Assembly (NCBI GenBank): GCA_963727455.1
Contig: CAVSGG010000015.1
Span: 53,959-117,958 of the forward strand
Source of the DNA: Candidatus Krumholzibacteriota bacterium
GTDB lineage: Bacteria > Krumholzibacteriota > Krumholzibacteriia > JAJRXK01
DNA length: 64,000 bases
Reading direction: 5' to 3'
Part shown: piece after piece, positions 61,584 to 64,000 of the stretch
Numbering within the stretch: the first letter of the stretch is position 1
Layout: each line of letters opens with the position of its first letter
Position numbers and translations under genes: made by a program
The notes under the pieces: generated by a model
Databases searched by the model: none
Told to the model about the DNA's origin: nothing
What the model saw: the letters and a program-made list of their open reading frames with translations, nothing else

Positions 61584-62587
61584 CCCGAAGCTCTCCAGCC
61601 CGCGCGAGTTCCTCGCCGAAAGCGGCGGCGACGCGTTTTGTACTTCTTAAAGCTCGCCCTGAAGGGTGCATCCCGCAGCGCGGGCATGGCCGCCACCCCC
61701 GAAGAGCTTCGCGATGTTCTCTCACGTCGAAGGGTTCGTTTCCGCGCAGGCTGAGCCTCCAGCTACCGCTCAGCCTCTTCCTTGAAGAGAGCCACGAGCT
61801 TGACGCCCTTGGCCGAGGTCGCGAAGTTCACGAAGCCTTCCGTGTCCTCCATTCGTCCCCCCGTCTCCTCGCACATCGCCCTGGTCATCTGGGCGAAGAC
61901 CACGCGTCCTTCCAGGAGATATTCGAAGGAATCCAGCACTCGGGCCAAGAGCCGCAAGGTGGCGGGGGTTCTCTGGTGAAGGAAGACGTCGGCGAGGAAC
62001 GCGGCGTCTGCACCGTGTTCCACCAGATCCGCGCCGACCCGCAGAGTCGTGGCATCGGTATTCGAGAAACGAAAGCCACCAGTATCGGTGATCAGCCCTG
62101 CGTAGAGGCAGCTTGCGACTCCGCGGCTCAACTCAGTTCCTTCATCGAGGACACGAGAGAGTGGACCAGAGCCGCACTGGCCGCGGCACGCGGTTCCAAC
62201 CACTCCAGCTCACCGTCTCCTCCGCCATCCTCGGTAAGATGATGGTCGATGACCACGATCATCTCGTCGCCCGTCAGCCCCTGTGCCGCGGGGCCGATGC
62301 GCGAAACCTCGTGGCAATCGAAGAGAATCAGGACTTCGGCCTTTTCCTTGAGTTCGCTCACCTGCTCGGCACGGGCGTACCCGGGCAAGTGCTGGAAAGC
62401 CGCGGGACCGTCCTCATGTCGAATCATCGCGACCTTCTTTGCCGGCCTCAGCCAGCGCGAGACCCAGACCCAACAAACTCCCCAGGCCGTCGGCATCGGG
62501 ATTCACGTGAGTGGCCAGGCGGAACTTCCGCTTCTCGCGCAAGAGATCGGTGAGGACCTTAGGCGGCGGATACGGCGTGAAACTCAT
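61580..62587 (-). CDS. nrnA: DHH family phosphoesterase (NrnA-like nanoRNase/pAp phosphatase), frameshifted
   Basis: THVNPDADGLGS, FDC, VIDHH, LYAGLITDTGGFRFSNT and GGGHARAAG found across frames; ATG 62587 overlaps the rbfA stop. Confidence 0.88.
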
Positions 62588-62973
62588 TACTCGCTCTCTT
62601 TCTTACCCCTGGCATCGTCTTCTTGCGGGGTCTCGCCCGCGTCGGGCGCGAGATCCTCGAGGATTTGCTCCAAACGGAAGGACCGATCTAGGCTCTCATC
62701 GTAGAGAAACACGAGCCGCGGGATCGTCCTCAGGCGCAGAGAATCGCCAATGATTCCACGAAGGAAGCGCGCGCTGCTCTTGAGACCAGCCTGAGATTTG
62801 CGCCGGTCCTCGCCCTCTTCCATGACAGTATAGAACACGCGCGCGATTGTCTTATCACCATTCAGTCTCACCTCGTTGATGGTGACAAAACCGATACGCG
62901 GGTCCTTTACCCTTGTGCTCAGGGCCTCGGCAATGATGCGTCGCAGCGTTTCCTCCAGATGTCCTTCGCGCAT
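62587..62973 (-). CDS. rbfA: Ribosome-binding factor A
   Basis: VKDPRIGFVTINEV, ARVFYT, LRTIPRLVFLYDESL. Confidence 0.93.
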   Translation of the reverse strand: MREGHLEETLRRIIAEALSTRVKDPRIGFVTINEVRLNGDKTIARVFYTVMEEGEDRRKSQAGLKSSARFLRGIIGDSLRLRTIPRLVFLYDESLDRSFRLEQILEDLAPDAGETPQEDDARGKKESE

Positions 62974-62983
62974 GGACTCTCTC

Positions 62984-63265
62984 CTAGAAATACTCCACCA
63001 CGCGATGAACGAGCTCCAGCCGTACATCCGCGTCGAGAAAACGAGTCACTTGCTCCAGAACACGATCCGCAAGCGCCTTCTCCTCCGCCACCACCGCGAT
63101 TCCCAGCTCGGCCTCGGTCCAGCTTTCCTTATTGCCGAGCTCTGCAATGCTCAAGTTGAAACGATTGGAGAGCCGCGTCTTGACGCTCGAGATCACTCTT
63201 CGCTTCTCCTTGAGGGAGCTGCACGCCTGAAGACGGAGCAAAAGGTGCAGGGATGCGACGATCAT
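62984..63265 (-). CDS. DUF503 (YlxP) family protein
   Basis: SLKEKRRVISSVK.RL..RFNLSIAE; between infB and rbfA. Confidence 0.9.
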   Translation of the reverse strand: MIVASLHLLLRLQACSSLKEKRRVISSVKTRLSNRFNLSIAELGNKESWTEAELGIAVVAEEKALADRVLEQVTRFLDADVRLELVHRVVEYF

Positions 63266-63347
63266 CGGCTCTTAGTGTGCCCGAGGAGATCCGGCGCCCT
63301 TCGGGATTCAGCCGGGGGCCTCACTTTCGGACCGGGCGAAGGAGAGA

Positions 63348-64000
63348 CTAGAGCTCCTGTTCCACTTCTTCGATTTCGTAGGTCTGCAAGGTGTCGCCCA
63401 CCTGGACGTCCTGGTAACCCTCCACCCCGATCCCGCACTCGAAGCCGGCCTGGACCTCGCGCGCGTCATCCTTGAATCGCCTCAGGGAGGAAATCACGCC
63501 CTCGTAGATCTGGACTTGGTCGCGGATGACCTTGACCCGGCTGTTTCTCTTGATCGTGCCTTCCACCACCATGCAGCCCGCGATCACCCCCACCCGAGGA
63601 ACCTTGAAGGTCTCGCGCACCTCGGCCGCGCCCGAAGCCACTTCTCTCTCCACCGGCTTGAGCAGACCGCTCATGGCTTGCTTGACCTCGTCCACCGCCT
63701 CGTAGATCACGTTGTAGGTGTGAATTTCCACGTTTTGCCGCTTTGCGGCTTCGCGCACCCCGGCGGGAGGATGCAGGTGGAAACCCACGATGATGGCATC
63801 GCTGGCCGCGGCCAGGTTCACCTCGCTTTCGGTGATCCCACCCACCCCCTTGCGGATGACATTCACCGTAACTTTTTCCGTGCTCAATTTCATGAGAGAG
63901 TCGCATAGCGCTTCGACCGATCCCGCTACGTCGCCTTTGACCAAGAGGTTGAGCTCCTGGGCTTCGCCTCCCTGGATCTTGTCGAAAAGATTCTCCAGGG
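63348..64000 (-). CDS. infB: Translation initiation factor IF-2, C-terminal part
   Basis: VKGDVAGSVEAL, GVGGITESEV, YNVIYE, SLRRFKDDAREV..GFECGI. Confidence 0.97.
   Translation of the reverse strand, partial: LENLFDKIQGGEAQELNLLVKGDVAGSVEALCDSLMKLSTEKVTVNVIRKGVGGITESEVNLAAASDAIIVGFHLHPPAGVREAAKRQNVEIHTYNVIYEAVDEVKQAMSGLLKPVEREVASGAAEVRETFKVPRVGVIAGCMVVEGTIKRNSRVKVIRDQVQIYEGVISSLRRFKDDAREVQAGFECGIGVEGYQDVQVGDTLQTYEIEEVEQEL

Noticed and set aside
55602-62587. Programmed frameshifting or true pseudogenisation of pnp, ribF, truB, nrnA and the M16 peptidase
   Set aside because: No common slippery motif, conserved residues intact, and the breaks are clustered by position; sequencing error is the simpler explanation.
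1-64000. CRISPR array, rRNA, tRNA, transposase or prophage
   Set aside because: No regularly spaced repeats or matching motifs seen; intergenic gaps are short and mostly accounted for.

Overview
A GC-rich (roughly 60-65% by eye), gene-dense bacterial chromosome segment with most genes on the minus strand. The gene content (PorV-family barrel, T9SS-type C-terminal domain, GWxTD proteins, TonB system, alternative complex III) points to a diderm of the wider FCB group, such as Latescibacterota/Krumholzibacteriota/Eisenbacteria. That placement is an inference and was not tested. Left to right: mreD(partial)-mreC-mreB-radC; aspartokinase; a ~16 kb co-oriented envelope locus, transcribed as TonB-dependent receptor > Ca-binding/Cys-rich protein with T9SS-like CTD > PorV/UPF0164 barrel > GWxTD > ExbB > ExbD > ExbD > TonB > TolC > ABC ATPase > GWxTD > NlpC/P60 and preceded by a sigma70 promoter and a ~310 nt structured leader; oppBCDF without oppA; lipoyl ligase and gcvT-H-PA-PB; uvrA; a 1267 aa TPR protein; asnS; a TPR/Zn-finger membrane protein plus a DUF4388 protein; two divergent apparent pseudoenzymes (NodB-like and PLP-aminotransferase-like); a full ACIII (actABCDEF-G)-SCO-caa3 (A2-type) oxidase cluster; and the infB-ylxP-rbfA-nrnA-truB-ribF-rpsO-pnp-M16 peptidase region. 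Several genes between 56.5 and 62.5 kb carry frameshifts that look like sequencing errors. I found no rRNA, tRNA, CRISPR array or mobile element. The best candidates for undescribed biology are the TBDR-CTD cargo-PorV-GWxTD-Ton locus, its structured RNA leader, and the pseudoenzyme pair.
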